The notes below the pieces were generated by a model that did no database searches, had not been told where the DNA came from, and saw nothing but the letters and a program-made list of their open reading frames with translations. A program made the translations under genes and the position numbers. Of a stretch of 64,000 bases of DNA, positions 36,506-45,941 are shown in pieces. Every line of letters begins with the position of its first letter. The stretch's first letter is position 1. This DNA comes from Fibrobacteria bacterium. Lineage in GTDB: Bacteria; Fibrobacterota; Fibrobacteria; UBA11236. The stretch lies in contig DATENA010000271.1 of NCBI GenBank assembly GCA_035275285.1, positions 53,354 to 117,353 of the forward strand, given 5' to 3'.

Positions 36506-37339
36506 ATGCGCAGCATCATCGGCAGATCCGTCGAAGGCAGGGAAATGGTCCTGCTCGCCAACTTCCCCCTGCGCGGCGATCCCGCCGCCGTCCGCTCCGA
36601 TCCCCGGAGCACCCTGCTGATCGGGGGCACGCACGGGGACGAGCGCGCCACCGTGGCCATCCTGGACAACTTCGCCGCCTCCCGTCTCGGCCCCGGCGGC
36701 CTCGCCCATCCCGTCGCCGTCCTCAGCCTGCACAATCCGGACGGCCATGCCGCGGACATGCGCTACAACGCCCGCGGCGTGGATCTGAACCGCAACTTCA
36801 CGCATAACTGGAGCCCGGATTCGGAAGAACCCGCCGGGCCGGTGCCCCTCTCGGAACCGGAGACGGCGGCCCTGCACGCCTTCATCCTGGCCCGCCGTCC
36901 CGCGAAAATCGTGAGCCTGCATTGGGCCCTTTCCGAGATCGACGCGGACGGACCGCAAAGCACCGCCCTGGCGCTCGCCATGTGGGGGGCGCTTTCCGAG
37001 GAGGAGCGGAAACCCTACCGGCTCCGCGTGCACCGGCCGGAAGCGCCCGCCGCGTCTTTCTGTCCCGGATCCCTGGGGCAATGGTGCGGCAACGGACTGG
37101 TCTACCCGGACGGCAGCCGCCCTGCCATGGTAACCTTGGAGCTTCCGTATCACGCGCAGGCCTATGAGCGGCCGGATTCCCTGCCCGACGGCCATCTGGA
37201 AAGCGTGCGCGCCCTGTGGCGCGCGCGGCCGGAGGCCTATCTGGCCGGGGTGCAGGGCCCGGTCCATCGCATGCTGGAAGCCGCTTGCCGCCTGGGCCAC
37301 GCTTCCGGCGCGCCGGCCCCCGCGGCGGAAGCCGGTTGA
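36506..37339 (+). CDS. mpaA: M14-family zinc carboxypeptidase/amidase (MpaA-like murein peptide amidase)
   Basis: LLIGGTHGDERA and NPDGHA ... RYNARGVDLNRNF motifs of the succinylglutamate desuccinylase/aspartoacylase-type M14 fold. 277 aa. Confidence 0.7.
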   Translation: MRSIIGRSVEGREMVLLANFPLRGDPAAVRSDPRSTLLIGGTHGDERATVAILDNFAASRLGPGGLAHPVAVLSLHNPDGHAADMRYNARGVDLNRNFTHNWSPDSEEPAGPVPLSEPETAALHAFILARRPAKIVSLHWALSEIDADGPQSTALALAMWGALSEEERKPYRLRVHRPEAPAASFCPGSLGQWCGNGLVYPDGSRPAMVTLELPYHAQAYERPDSLPDGHLESVRALWRARPEAYLAGVQGPVHRMLEAACRLGHASGAPAPAAEAG

Positions 37340-38571
37340 TGCGCATCCTGATCTGCCCCTTGGATTGGGGCCTGGGGCATGCCACCCGCTGCATCCCCTT
37401 GATCCGCGCCCTGCTCGCCAACGGCCACCAGGTGCGCGTCGGCGCCGCGGGCGGGGGCTTGCGCCTGTTGCGGAACGAGTTCCCCGGCCTGGAAACGTTC
37501 GAATATCCGGGATACCCGGTGCGCTATTCCCGTTCCCCGGCCTGCTTCCTCCCCGTCCTGCTGGCGCAAGCGCCCCGCGTGCTGATCGGCCTGTTCGCGG
37601 AGTCGCGGCGGTTGCGCGGCATCCTGGCCGCCCACCCCTGCGACCTGATCATCTCGGACGGCCGCTACGGCGTATACGCTTCCGGCATTCCCGCCATTTT
37701 CATCACCCATCAGGTGTTCATCCGCGTCCCCGGCCGCTTCCCCGGAGCGGGTCTCGCCGAAAAGGCCATCCTGGCGCTGAACCTGCGCCTGTTGCGGCGG
37801 TACACGCGGGTGTGGGTCCCCGATTTCCCCGGCGCGGACTCCCTGTCCGGGGACTTGAGCCACAAACCCTGCGGCCTGGCGAACCTGGAGTTCATCCACC
37901 CCTTATCCCGCTTTTCCGGCCCGGGGCCTTCCGCCGGGACGGGAGCGGAAGGCGAGGCCGCCGCGTCCGGCGATCTTCCGGTTCCGTCCGTGGACATCCT
38001 GGCGGTGGTGAGCGGACCGGAACCGCAGCGCGGGCTTTTCGAAACCGCCTTGCGCGGGGAACTGCTCCGCTTGCAGGGGACCCGGGTCCTGGTGCGGGGA
38101 CTTCCCGGAGCGCAAGCGCCGGCCGCGGCCCCTGCCGGGCTCCTCTCCATCCGGCCCGGCGCCTTGACCGAGTTCGCCCATCTCTCCGGCGGGGAATTGT
38201 CCCGGCTCTTCGCGGGCGCGGCCCTGATCGTGGCCCGGTCCGGATACACGACGGTCATGGAACTGGCGGGATTGGGATGCCGCGCGGTGGTACTGGTCCC
38301 CACCCCCGGCCAATCGGAGCAGGAATACCTCGCCGATCACCTGGACCGGGCGGGGGCGGGGATCCGGATGGACCAGCATGCCCTGGACCTGGAGGGGGCG
38401 CGCGAACGCTTGCGGGACAGGCCCGGCTTCGCACGGTGGAAACGGGACGCGTGGAAGTCCCCGGAAGGCGGGGCGTTCTCCTTGTCCGGCTTCCTGTCCG
38501 GACATCCCGTATTTGCCGGAGCGGGCGCGTGGAAAGATGCGATGGACGTGCGGAAGGTCCGCCAACTATAG
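37339..38571 (+). CDS. Glycosyltransferase, GT1/GT28 (MurG/UDP-glycosyltransferase-like) family
   Basis: N-terminus MRILICPLDWGLGHATRCIPLIRAL (the GT-B G-loop). The C-terminal nucleotide-sugar-binding region reads ARSGYTTVMELAGLGCRAVVLVPTPGQSEQ. Confidence 0.7.
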   Translation: MRILICPLDWGLGHATRCIPLIRALLANGHQVRVGAAGGGLRLLRNEFPGLETFEYPGYPVRYSRSPACFLPVLLAQAPRVLIGLFAESRRLRGILAAHPCDLIISDGRYGVYASGIPAIFITHQVFIRVPGRFPGAGLAEKAILALNLRLLRRYTRVWVPDFPGADSLSGDLSHKPCGLANLEFIHPLSRFSGPGPSAGTGAEGEAAASGDLPVPSVDILAVVSGPEPQRGLFETALRGELLRLQGTRVLVRGLPGAQAPAAAPAGLLSIRPGALTEFAHLSGGELSRLFAGAALIVARSGYTTVMELAGLGCRAVVLVPTPGQSEQEYLADHLDRAGAGIRMDQHALDLEGARERLRDRPGFARWKRDAWKSPEGGAFSLSGFLSGHPVFAGAGAWKDAMDVRKVRQL

Positions 38572-38591
38572 TAGATTGTGCAAAGGGTTGC

Positions 38592-40382
38592 ATGAATTCC
38601 ATCCGCGTCCATAGATCCCCCCCGCGCCATTCCCCCCCGTGCTTCCGGCCACGCCTTTCCGCGGCCTTCTCCGCGCTCCGCTTGCTGGCGGCGCTGATCC
38701 TCCTGGGCGCGCACGGAGCCCATTGCGCGACGGCGGGGGAGAGGGGCGGCAAGACGGAGGATCGCCTCCGTTTCTACCAGGATCACCTCCGGAAGTACCT
38801 TTCCATCCTGCAGAAATCCGATTCCATCAAACCGTATTTCCTGGCCTACCGGATCAACGACACCTTGTACCATAGTTTCCTCGCCAACAACGGCGGCGTC
38901 ATCGAGGACAAGAGCGGCGCGTCCCGGTACCTGGGCGTGGAGGCGCGCGTCGGCACCGGCAAGTTCGACAATACCCATCCCATGCGGGAGAACCTCGACT
39001 TCACGGCCTGGGACGGCTACCAGAACATCCGCCTGCCCTTCGAGCCGGAAGGCAAGGCGGCCGAGCAGGCCTTGAAGGTGGCCACGGATTTCGCCTTCCG
39101 GGCCGCCAAGGATCAATTCATCAAGATCAAGGCCAACGTGGACGTGCGCCCCGCCGAGGACGATACCGGCCTCGATTTCGCTTCCGCCGCGCCCGTCCGG
39201 CACCGCGATCCGCCCTCCCTCCCGCCGCCGCCCCGGGACAGCCTGGACGGCCTTTACGCCAAGATCCGGAAAGCCTCCCTGCTTTTCGCCAACCGCCGGC
39301 ATCTTTACTCCAGCCAGATCGATTTCAACTACCGCAAGGTGAAGAAGCTGCTGGTCAATTCGGACGGCACGTCCCTGGCGCATACGGAAACCCTGGGCAA
39401 CATCGGCATTTACGTGGAGACCAAGGCCCAGGACGGGATGATCCTCTGGCTCACCAGGGATTTCTTCTTCAAAGAGGTCCCGCGGGATTTCCCGTACGAC
39501 ACCCTGGCGCAGGCCACGGAAGCCTTGTTGCGCCGCCTGGACACCTTGCGCGCCGCTCCCGTGATGGAAACCTACGTGGGCCCGGTCATCCTCCAGAACA
39601 TCGCCGCCGCCGTTTTCACCCACGAGGTCTTCGGCCATCGCGTGGAGGGCCATCGCCAGAAGGCGGTGGACGAGGGACAGACCTTCGTCACCAAGATCAA
39701 CCAAGGGCTCGCGGCGCCTTTCATCTCCATCCTGGACGATCCCACCCGGGAGTTCGCCGGCGGCGTTCCCCTGAACGGATATTACCGCTTCGACGATGAA
39801 GGCGTGCCTTCGCGCCCCACGCCGCTGATGGCAGAGGGCGTGTTCCGGGACTTCCTGTTCAGCCGTTCGGTGATTTCCCCCAAGGGCGCCTCCAACGGCC
39901 ACGGCCGCGGGGTGCTGGGCATGGCGCCCACCGCCCGCATGGGGAACACCATCCTGCAAGTCTCCCGCACCGTGCCCGCTTCCGCCCTGCGCGACAGCTT
40001 GCGGGCCCTCCTGAAGAAGTCCGGCAAGCCTTACGGCCTGCTTCTCCACGATATCTCCGGCGGTTTCACGTATACTGGCCGGGACCTGCCGCAATCCTTC
40101 CGCGTGGAACCCCTGTACGTCTCGCAGATTTTCGCCGATGGCCGTCCGGACAAGGTGGTGCGCGGCGTGGATGCGGTGGGTACGCCCCTGGTCAGCCTCC
40201 GGCAGGTGGCCCTGGCCGGGGACGATCCCGCCGTATTCAACGGGTACTGCGGCGCCGAATCGGGCTGGATCCCCGTATCCGCGGTCGCGCCTTCCCTCTT
40301 GCTGGAATCGATGGAATTCGAAAGCCGGGCCAAGGATCAGAACATGCCGCCCATCCTGCCGCCCCCGGAGGTCAGGCCATGA
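38592..40382 (+). CDS. tldD: Secreted TldD-like metallopeptidase
   Basis: HExxxH motif HEVFGHRVEGH as in TldD, a signal peptide (LRLLAALILLGAHGAHC), and a glycine-rich C-terminal region typical of PmbA/TldD. 596 aa. Confidence 0.75.
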   Translation: MNSIRVHRSPPRHSPPCFRPRLSAAFSALRLLAALILLGAHGAHCATAGERGGKTEDRLRFYQDHLRKYLSILQKSDSIKPYFLAYRINDTLYHSFLANNGGVIEDKSGASRYLGVEARVGTGKFDNTHPMRENLDFTAWDGYQNIRLPFEPEGKAAEQALKVATDFAFRAAKDQFIKIKANVDVRPAEDDTGLDFASAAPVRHRDPPSLPPPPRDSLDGLYAKIRKASLLFANRRHLYSSQIDFNYRKVKKLLVNSDGTSLAHTETLGNIGIYVETKAQDGMILWLTRDFFFKEVPRDFPYDTLAQATEALLRRLDTLRAAPVMETYVGPVILQNIAAAVFTHEVFGHRVEGHRQKAVDEGQTFVTKINQGLAAPFISILDDPTREFAGGVPLNGYYRFDDEGVPSRPTPLMAEGVFRDFLFSRSVISPKGASNGHGRGVLGMAPTARMGNTILQVSRTVPASALRDSLRALLKKSGKPYGLLLHDISGGFTYTGRDLPQSFRVEPLYVSQIFADGRPDKVVRGVDAVGTPLVSLRQVALAGDDPAVFNGYCGAESGWIPVSAVAPSLLLESMEFESRAKDQNMPPILPPPEVRP

Positions 40383-42193
40383 TCCGGCTTCCGATGAAGG
40401 TTTCCGCAATGGCCTGCATCCTGTCGCTGGCCGTCATGGCCCAGGCTTCCCCCAAGGCCAAGACCGCTCCGGCCCGCGCTCCCGGGCCCCACGTGCCCGT
40501 GGACGTGCCCGGCGTCCCGCCCATCCAGTCCCGCTCCAGCAACCTGTCCGATACCTCCGTGGCCTCGCTGGAGGCTTCGCCGGTGCTCAAGGCCATGGGA
40601 CATGAGCTCAAGCGATCCATGGACAGCCTGCGCATCAAGGGCCGTCCCCGGCCTTACTTCCTCTCCTACCTGCTCTGGGACGTGGAGTCCCACCATATGC
40701 AGGCCTCCCTGGGGTCCTGCGAGATGGCGGACGACGATCGCCAGCACATGGCGGAAATCGATCTGCGGGTGGGCGGCTTCGACGAGGACAACACCAATTT
40801 CCAGGGCGGCATCGTTTTCGGCCCGCGCCTGCGCCTTCCCTTGCCCCAGGAGAACGATACCAACCTCCTGCGCCTTTCCCTGTGGGCCGCCACGGACGCC
40901 AAATACAAGGTGGCGGTGGAAATGCTGGCCCAGAAGCGAGCCTTCCTGGCCAACCACAGCGGCCGGGACAGCCTCCCGGATTTCTCCCGGCAAAAGGTGC
41001 TGACGCGCTACCGCGCCGAGCCCAGGACGCCTCCGGACACCGCCCTGACCACCGCCCTGGGGAGGGATCTCAGCGGTTACCTGGCGGGCTTCCCCTGGCT
41101 GCTGGAGTCCCGCGTCGGCTACCAGTATTACTACACCACCTTCCATTACGTGGATTCGGACGGGGCCCGCTTCATCGAAACCGTGAAAGAGCATACCCTC
41201 ACCGTGGCCCTCTTCACCCAGGCCAAGGACGGTTCCCCCTTATGGGACTACCTGCGGATTTCCACCCGCGATCCGCTGGTCCTGGGCCAAGGCGCGGTGA
41301 GCCTCGCCGCGCTCAAGGATTCCCTGGCGCCGCTCCTCAAGCGCATGGACTATCTCCGCACCGCGGCCCCCTTGGCCAATTACCGCGGACCGGTGCTCTT
41401 CACGGGGCGGGCGGCGGGCGAACTGCTCAACAAATCCCTGCTGGCTCCGCAAGCGCGCCTGCGGGAGCCGGCCGGGACCGGAGCGGAACCCAATTTCATG
41501 ATCAGCCTCGCCGGCCGCAAATTGTTCCCCAGCGAGGTCACCGTCATCGACACGCCTTCCATGGCGGCCTGGCAGGGCCGCTCCCTGTTCGGGAATTACG
41601 TCCTCGATCAGCAGGGCCAGCCCGCGGAGGATATCGTGCTGGTCAAGGACGGACGCGTGAAGGATTTCTTCCAGGGCAAAGTGCCGGTGCTCAAGGCCAA
41701 GGGGCACAAGAGCAACGGGCATTGGCGCTACGGGGGAGGGTTCCCGGGAGTCACCCTGTTGCGGTCTTCCCATCCCCTTTCCGAAGCGGATCTGCGGAGC
41801 AGGCTGGGGGCCATGGGCGCCGACGAGGGCACCGGCTACGGCCTCATCGTTTCCAAGGTGGTGGACGAGGACGCGTTCAAGCTGTTGCGCCATCCCCTGG
41901 CGGCGCATTTGGCGGTCACGGACGGCCTGGACGGCCGCGGCTCGTTCTCCCTGGCGCCCCCCTGCGAGGTGGACATGTACGATTCGCGCACGGGCAAGGT
42001 CACCCCGGTGCGGGGGCTTTCCTTTCCGGTGCTGGACACCAAGTCCCTGCGCGATATCGCCGCGGTCGGCGATCGGCCCTTCCTGCACGAACCGCAGGCG
42101 GCCTATTCGGTCCTGTGCCCGTCCCTGCTTTTCACCTTGCTGGATCTCAAGGGCGGCCGCAACACCCAGCCGCGCCTGCCTTATCTTCCCTGA
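40379..42193 (+). CDS. Secreted PmbA/TldE-like partner protein (no HExxxH), coupled to the tldD-like gene
   Basis: Signal peptide MKVSAMACILSLAVMAQASP and the PmbA/TldD fold pattern, but no HExxxH. The start overlaps the tldD-like stop in an ATGA. Confidence 0.7.
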   Translation: MIRLPMKVSAMACILSLAVMAQASPKAKTAPARAPGPHVPVDVPGVPPIQSRSSNLSDTSVASLEASPVLKAMGHELKRSMDSLRIKGRPRPYFLSYLLWDVESHHMQASLGSCEMADDDRQHMAEIDLRVGGFDEDNTNFQGGIVFGPRLRLPLPQENDTNLLRLSLWAATDAKYKVAVEMLAQKRAFLANHSGRDSLPDFSRQKVLTRYRAEPRTPPDTALTTALGRDLSGYLAGFPWLLESRVGYQYYYTTFHYVDSDGARFIETVKEHTLTVALFTQAKDGSPLWDYLRISTRDPLVLGQGAVSLAALKDSLAPLLKRMDYLRTAAPLANYRGPVLFTGRAAGELLNKSLLAPQARLREPAGTGAEPNFMISLAGRKLFPSEVTVIDTPSMAAWQGRSLFGNYVLDQQGQPAEDIVLVKDGRVKDFFQGKVPVLKAKGHKSNGHWRYGGGFPGVTLLRSSHPLSEADLRSRLGAMGADEGTGYGLIVSKVVDEDAFKLLRHPLAAHLAVTDGLDGRGSFSLAPPCEVDMYDSRTGKVTPVRGLSFPVLDTKSLRDIAAVGDRPFLHEPQAAYSVLCPSLLFTLLDLKGGRNTQPRLPYLP

Positions 42194-42262
42194 GTCGCTC
42201 GCATTCCCGGGCCGCCGGCATTTCCCGGACCTTGCATTCCCTGGATTGCTCCCGGGCCCGGC

Positions 42263-44731
42263 CTATTCCCGCGTCGCGCCCGGTGCTTCCCACCAGCCCG
42301 CCAATTCCGGACTGATGGCCCACAGGCCCGGTTCCGTCAGGGAGCGGATGCGGGAAGCCTCCCCCCGTAACGCCTCCAATACCGGGGCCGATTCCGCGCG
42401 GGCCCAATCGCCTCCCATCACGGACACCACGTCCACTTCCCCGGCGGCGGAATAGGGCGCCACGTCCACGTTCCGGAGCGGGCCCAGCTTGGCGAGCCCG
42501 GCGGCCTCTTCCAGGGCGTCCTGCAGGCCTCCCAGGCGGTCCACCAGCCCGTTCCCCAGGGCCTGCGTCCCGGTGAAGATGCGGCCCTGGCCCAGGCTGT
42601 CCACCTCCGCCTTGGTCTTCTTGCGCCCGGCGGCGACCTTGGCGATGAAATCGTCGTAGAACCGATCCATGTGCTTCTGCAGCATTTCCGTTTCCGTCGA
42701 GTCCCAGGGGCGCGCCATGGAGTTGGCGTCCGCATGGGGCGAGGTCTTCACCGCTTCCGTATTCAAGCCCAGTTTTTCATACAGGCCCTTCAGCACGAAC
42801 TTACCCCAGAGCACGCCGATGCTCCCGACCACCGAGTTGGGCGCGGCGAGGATCCGGTCCGCGCCGCAGATCAGGTAGTAGCCGCCGGACGCCGCGTCAT
42901 GGCCCACCGAGGCCACCACGGGCTTGCCGGCTTTCTTCAGCAGTTCCACTTCCCGCCACATGATGTCCGCCGCCTGCGCGGATCCGCCCGGGGAATCCAC
43001 CCGCAGCACCACCGCTTTCACGGAAGGGGAAAGGCGGGCTTTGCGCAATTGGGCCGCCACGGTTTCCGAGCCCGCCAGGTCCGGACCCGCCAACCAGGCC
43101 CGCACGCTCTTGCCCAACACCATGTCCCCGGTCACGATCACCAGCGCGATCCGCGGAGGGATGTCCCAGGTCTCCCGGACGTTCGCCTCCGGGACGTCGT
43201 GGTTCAGCACCGCGTGCTTGCCGCCCGCCAGCTTCAGCGCCTGATCCTGATAGATGAGGGTGTCGATCAGGCCGGCCTGCACCGCGTGCTCCAGGCCTAT
43301 CTCCCCGGACTCCAGGGCCGCGCGCAGCATGTCCTTGGGCATGCCCCGGCCCTGGGCCACCGCGTCCAGGTAATGGTCCCAGAGCGCGTCCAGGAGGCTT
43401 TCCAGGTCGGCCCGCATGGGCGCGGACATCTCCTTGCGGGTGAAGGGCTCCTCGAAGGATTTGTATTTCCCGTGGCGCAGGAATTGCGGCTCCACGCCCA
43501 GCTTGTCCAGCAGCCCGCGGTAGAACATCACCTCGGCGGCGAACCCGTTCACGGCGAAAAAGCCCCGGGGCTGCATCGCCACCACGTCCGCGGCGGAGGC
43601 CAGGAAATAGTTGAGCGGAGAGACCTGCTCCAGGTACGCCGTCACGCGGATCTTCCGGTCGCGCAGGCGCAGGATGCGCCCGCGGATCTCCTCGCCCATG
43701 GCCCATCCGCACCGGGCCTTTCCCAGCTTGATCAGCACGGCCTTGATGCGGGGATTGGATTCTATCACGTCGAAGCGCTTCTGCACGTCCAGGAAACCGA
43801 TCCGGCCGCCGGCGGCCAGCCAGCCCGCCGGCGTCCCTCCCTCCACGATGGTGCGGTTGAGGTCGATCTCCGCGACGTTTCCGGCCGAGACCAGGAAAGG
43901 CGTTTTCTGATCGACGCGGAATTGCAGGGACGCTTGCCGGTGTCCTTTGTCGGCCAGGCCCGAAGCCAGGCGGCCTTCCATCCCACCCGTCCCCTGGGAA
44001 CCGCCCTTGGCCCATCCGAAGGCCCCCGCCACCCGCGGGAAAGCCTGCAGGCTCAGGCCCAGGAAACCTTCCCGGTGCCATAGGTCCACTTGCGATTCGA
44101 GCTTGAAGCCCAAGCCCAAGGGCACTTGGGTGAACAGGAAACCGCGGCGTTTCCCCCCTTCCTCCTTTTCCAGGCCCAGGCCCAGGTTGAAATCCCCCAA
44201 GGCGCCCGGGCGGGAACCCCAGGGCCGCACGGCGGCGGCGAACCGGTGCACCCTGTTTTCGTCGCTGCCCGACCACAGGTTCTCCCCCCAATATCCGGCC
44301 AGCAACCGAGGCAAGGGGCGGAAGTCGAGGCCTGCGTCCAAAAGCAGATGATCCGGTCCGGCTCCGTCCCAGACGAAGGCAGGGCGCACTCCCGGTGAAA
44401 ACAATCCCAACACATTGCCGGCCAGGGCCAGGTCGAAACGCGCCAGATATGGCCCCTTTCCTTCCCAATAGCGGAAGCCCTCCGCATGGCCGGGCCCCTG
44501 GTTCTGCGCGGCCCAGAGGCGTTGCGGCCCGCCGGTAAGCGCCTCCCATTCCGACCAGCCCAGGTCGACCCGATCGTCGGATCCGAACGCGGCGGCGGCG
44601 GGATTGGCGAAGGCGGCCAGCCCCGTATTGGCGGCGATACCGTTCGAAAAGGGTAAAGCGGAATCCCAGGCCTGGAGGACCGCGGGCAGCAGGGCGAGGG
44701 ACGTTAAAAGCGGACTAAACCGGAATTTCAT
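42263..44731 (-). CDS. sppA: Signal peptide peptidase SppA (S49, two-domain 67K type) with an extra roughly 290-aa N-terminal secreted domain
   Basis: The C-terminal 520 aa carry tandem S49/ClpP-fold domains (IKAVLIKLG ..., KAVVLRVDSPGGSA ..., VASVGHDAASGGYYL). The N-terminal 300 aa, after the signal peptide MKFRFSPLLTSLALLPAVLQA, has no recognisable family but is Gly/Trp/Phe-rich. Confidence 0.8.
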   Translation of the reverse strand: MKFRFSPLLTSLALLPAVLQAWDSALPFSNGIAANTGLAAFANPAAAAFGSDDRVDLGWSEWEALTGGPQRLWAAQNQGPGHAEGFRYWEGKGPYLARFDLALAGNVLGLFSPGVRPAFVWDGAGPDHLLLDAGLDFRPLPRLLAGYWGENLWSGSDENRVHRFAAAVRPWGSRPGALGDFNLGLGLEKEEGGKRRGFLFTQVPLGLGFKLESQVDLWHREGFLGLSLQAFPRVAGAFGWAKGGSQGTGGMEGRLASGLADKGHRQASLQFRVDQKTPFLVSAGNVAEIDLNRTIVEGGTPAGWLAAGGRIGFLDVQKRFDVIESNPRIKAVLIKLGKARCGWAMGEEIRGRILRLRDRKIRVTAYLEQVSPLNYFLASAADVVAMQPRGFFAVNGFAAEVMFYRGLLDKLGVEPQFLRHGKYKSFEEPFTRKEMSAPMRADLESLLDALWDHYLDAVAQGRGMPKDMLRAALESGEIGLEHAVQAGLIDTLIYQDQALKLAGGKHAVLNHDVPEANVRETWDIPPRIALVIVTGDMVLGKSVRAWLAGPDLAGSETVAAQLRKARLSPSVKAVVLRVDSPGGSAQAADIMWREVELLKKAGKPVVASVGHDAASGGYYLICGADRILAAPNSVVGSIGVLWGKFVLKGLYEKLGLNTEAVKTSPHADANSMARPWDSTETEMLQKHMDRFYDDFIAKVAAGRKKTKAEVDSLGQGRIFTGTQALGNGLVDRLGGLQDALEEAAGLAKLGPLRNVDVAPYSAAGEVDVVSVMGGDWARAESAPVLEALRGEASRIRSLTEPGLWAISPELAGWWEAPGATRE

Positions 44732-44888
44732 CGATTATACTCATTTTCCCGAAAAAAAGATCGTGTCCGACCCTTCTACTTCGTAAATTAAAGGATAGAG
44801 GGTTTACGTTTATTGGAGCCCAGGAAAATCCGCCCAGGCTCTTGGATTTTGCCGCTATTTTTCTTTCTTTGAAAAAAGAGGAACCAAA

Positions 44889-45140
44889 TTGGATAACGAA
44901 AAAGCCAAACTAATCAAGGGAATTATCGCCGAGGTGGTGGGCTTCGATCTCGAAGACATCAGTGACGAAGATAAGTTCATTGTCGACTATAAGATCACCT
45001 ATGGCGAACGCAAAGCCTTGCTGGAAAAGCTGAATCAGACTTTCCAAAAAGAGTTCGGTTTTGATGAGTTCTGCAAAATGGACAAAGTGGCCGATGTTAT
45101 TGAAGCCTACAATGTCAGCTCGGTAGGCCAGTCAGGCTGA
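44889..45140 (+). CDS. Small acidic ACP-fold (acyl-carrier-protein-like) protein lacking the conserved Ser; encoded in a roughly 45%-GC islet
   Basis: TTG start with the SD AAGAGG 6 nt upstream. IIAEVVGFDLEDISDEDKFIVDYKITYGERKALLEKLNQTFQKEFGFDEFCKMDKVADVIEAY aligns with the ACP IIAEQLGV...[45 protein letters not shown], with DSL replaced by TYG. Codon usage is AT-rich, unlike the neighbouring genes. Confidence 0.55.
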   Translation: MDNEKAKLIKGIIAEVVGFDLEDISDEDKFIVDYKITYGERKALLEKLNQTFQKEFGFDEFCKMDKVADVIEAYNVSSVGQSG

Positions 45141-45159
45141 ATTTCCCCGCTTCCGGTCT

Positions 45160-45927
45160 TCATCGGCCGGAATCCTTCCCCACTCCCGGTTTTCCGACTT
45201 CTTGCGAAGCTGGCTCCCCAGGGTAGGGCTGCGATTTATCAGTGTCCGGTTTTCCGCCACCCTCCTTCTGCGAGGCCGTTTTGAGCCGCAGGAAATCCGC
45301 GCACTCGAGCGGTTCCAGCCTTCCCGCATATCCGGCTTTGCGCTGCACCGTGGTCGGCCCCGATTCGACGGTGTAACATAAGGATTTCTCCCCCCCTATG
45401 TCCAGGGGAATGTCCAGTTTGATGATGCGCAGCCGTTCCGTGGCGTTTTCCGGGAAGAACTCGCAATAGTCCAGCTTGGATTTGATGAAGGTGCGCCGCT
45501 TCTTCTCATCGAAAAGCAATTTGCCCCCCAAGTCCGGCGGCAGGCCGATCGGGAGGGTGTTCTGCAACCGCAGTTCGAGCTCCTGGCCCTTGCGCACGAT
45601 TTTGGCGCCCTTGGGCAGCAGGAGATTGCGATGCTCGGGGATGTTCTTATAGGCGCGGTAATTGCGGGTCTGCACTCCGCATTCCTTCTTGATGTCCGCG
45701 CCGGCCTGGTTGAAATCGATGTCCTGGCAGATCTCGGGCATGTCCTCGGGGGCGTAGACTTTGGGCTGGGAGGAGGATGGGGCTGCGCCGCCGCAACCCG
45801 TCAGCGCCACCGAACAGGCGAGAACGCTCCAGAATCCGGTTGCATGCCTAGCGTATCGATCGATCAGACCGCACTCCCCCGGTGAAGCGTTGCATGGGAA
45901 AAATGAGCTAAATTGGAAATATAACAA
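45160..45927 (-). CDS. Lipoprotein of unknown function
   Basis: Signal/lipobox ATGFWSVLACSVALTGCGG. The only in-frame start upstream of the signal peptide is a TTG at 45927 with no SD, so the true start is uncertain. Convergent with the ACP-like gene. Confidence 0.4.
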   Translation of the reverse strand: MLYFQFSSFFPCNASPGECGLIDRYARHATGFWSVLACSVALTGCGGAAPSSSQPKVYAPEDMPEICQDIDFNQAGADIKKECGVQTRNYRAYKNIPEHRNLLLPKGAKIVRKGQELELRLQNTLPIGLPPDLGGKLLFDEKKRRTFIKSKLDYCEFFPENATERLRIIKLDIPLDIGGEKSLCYTVESGPTTVQRKAGYAGRLEPLECADFLRLKTASQKEGGGKPDTDKSQPYPGEPASQEVGKPGVGKDSGR

Positions 45928-45941
45928 GCGAAAGGAGGGGC

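Noticed and set aside
36470-37300. 276-aa minus-strand ORF overlapping the mpaA-like gene
   Set aside because: Antisense to a gene with a clear M14 motif set. The translation is low-complexity.
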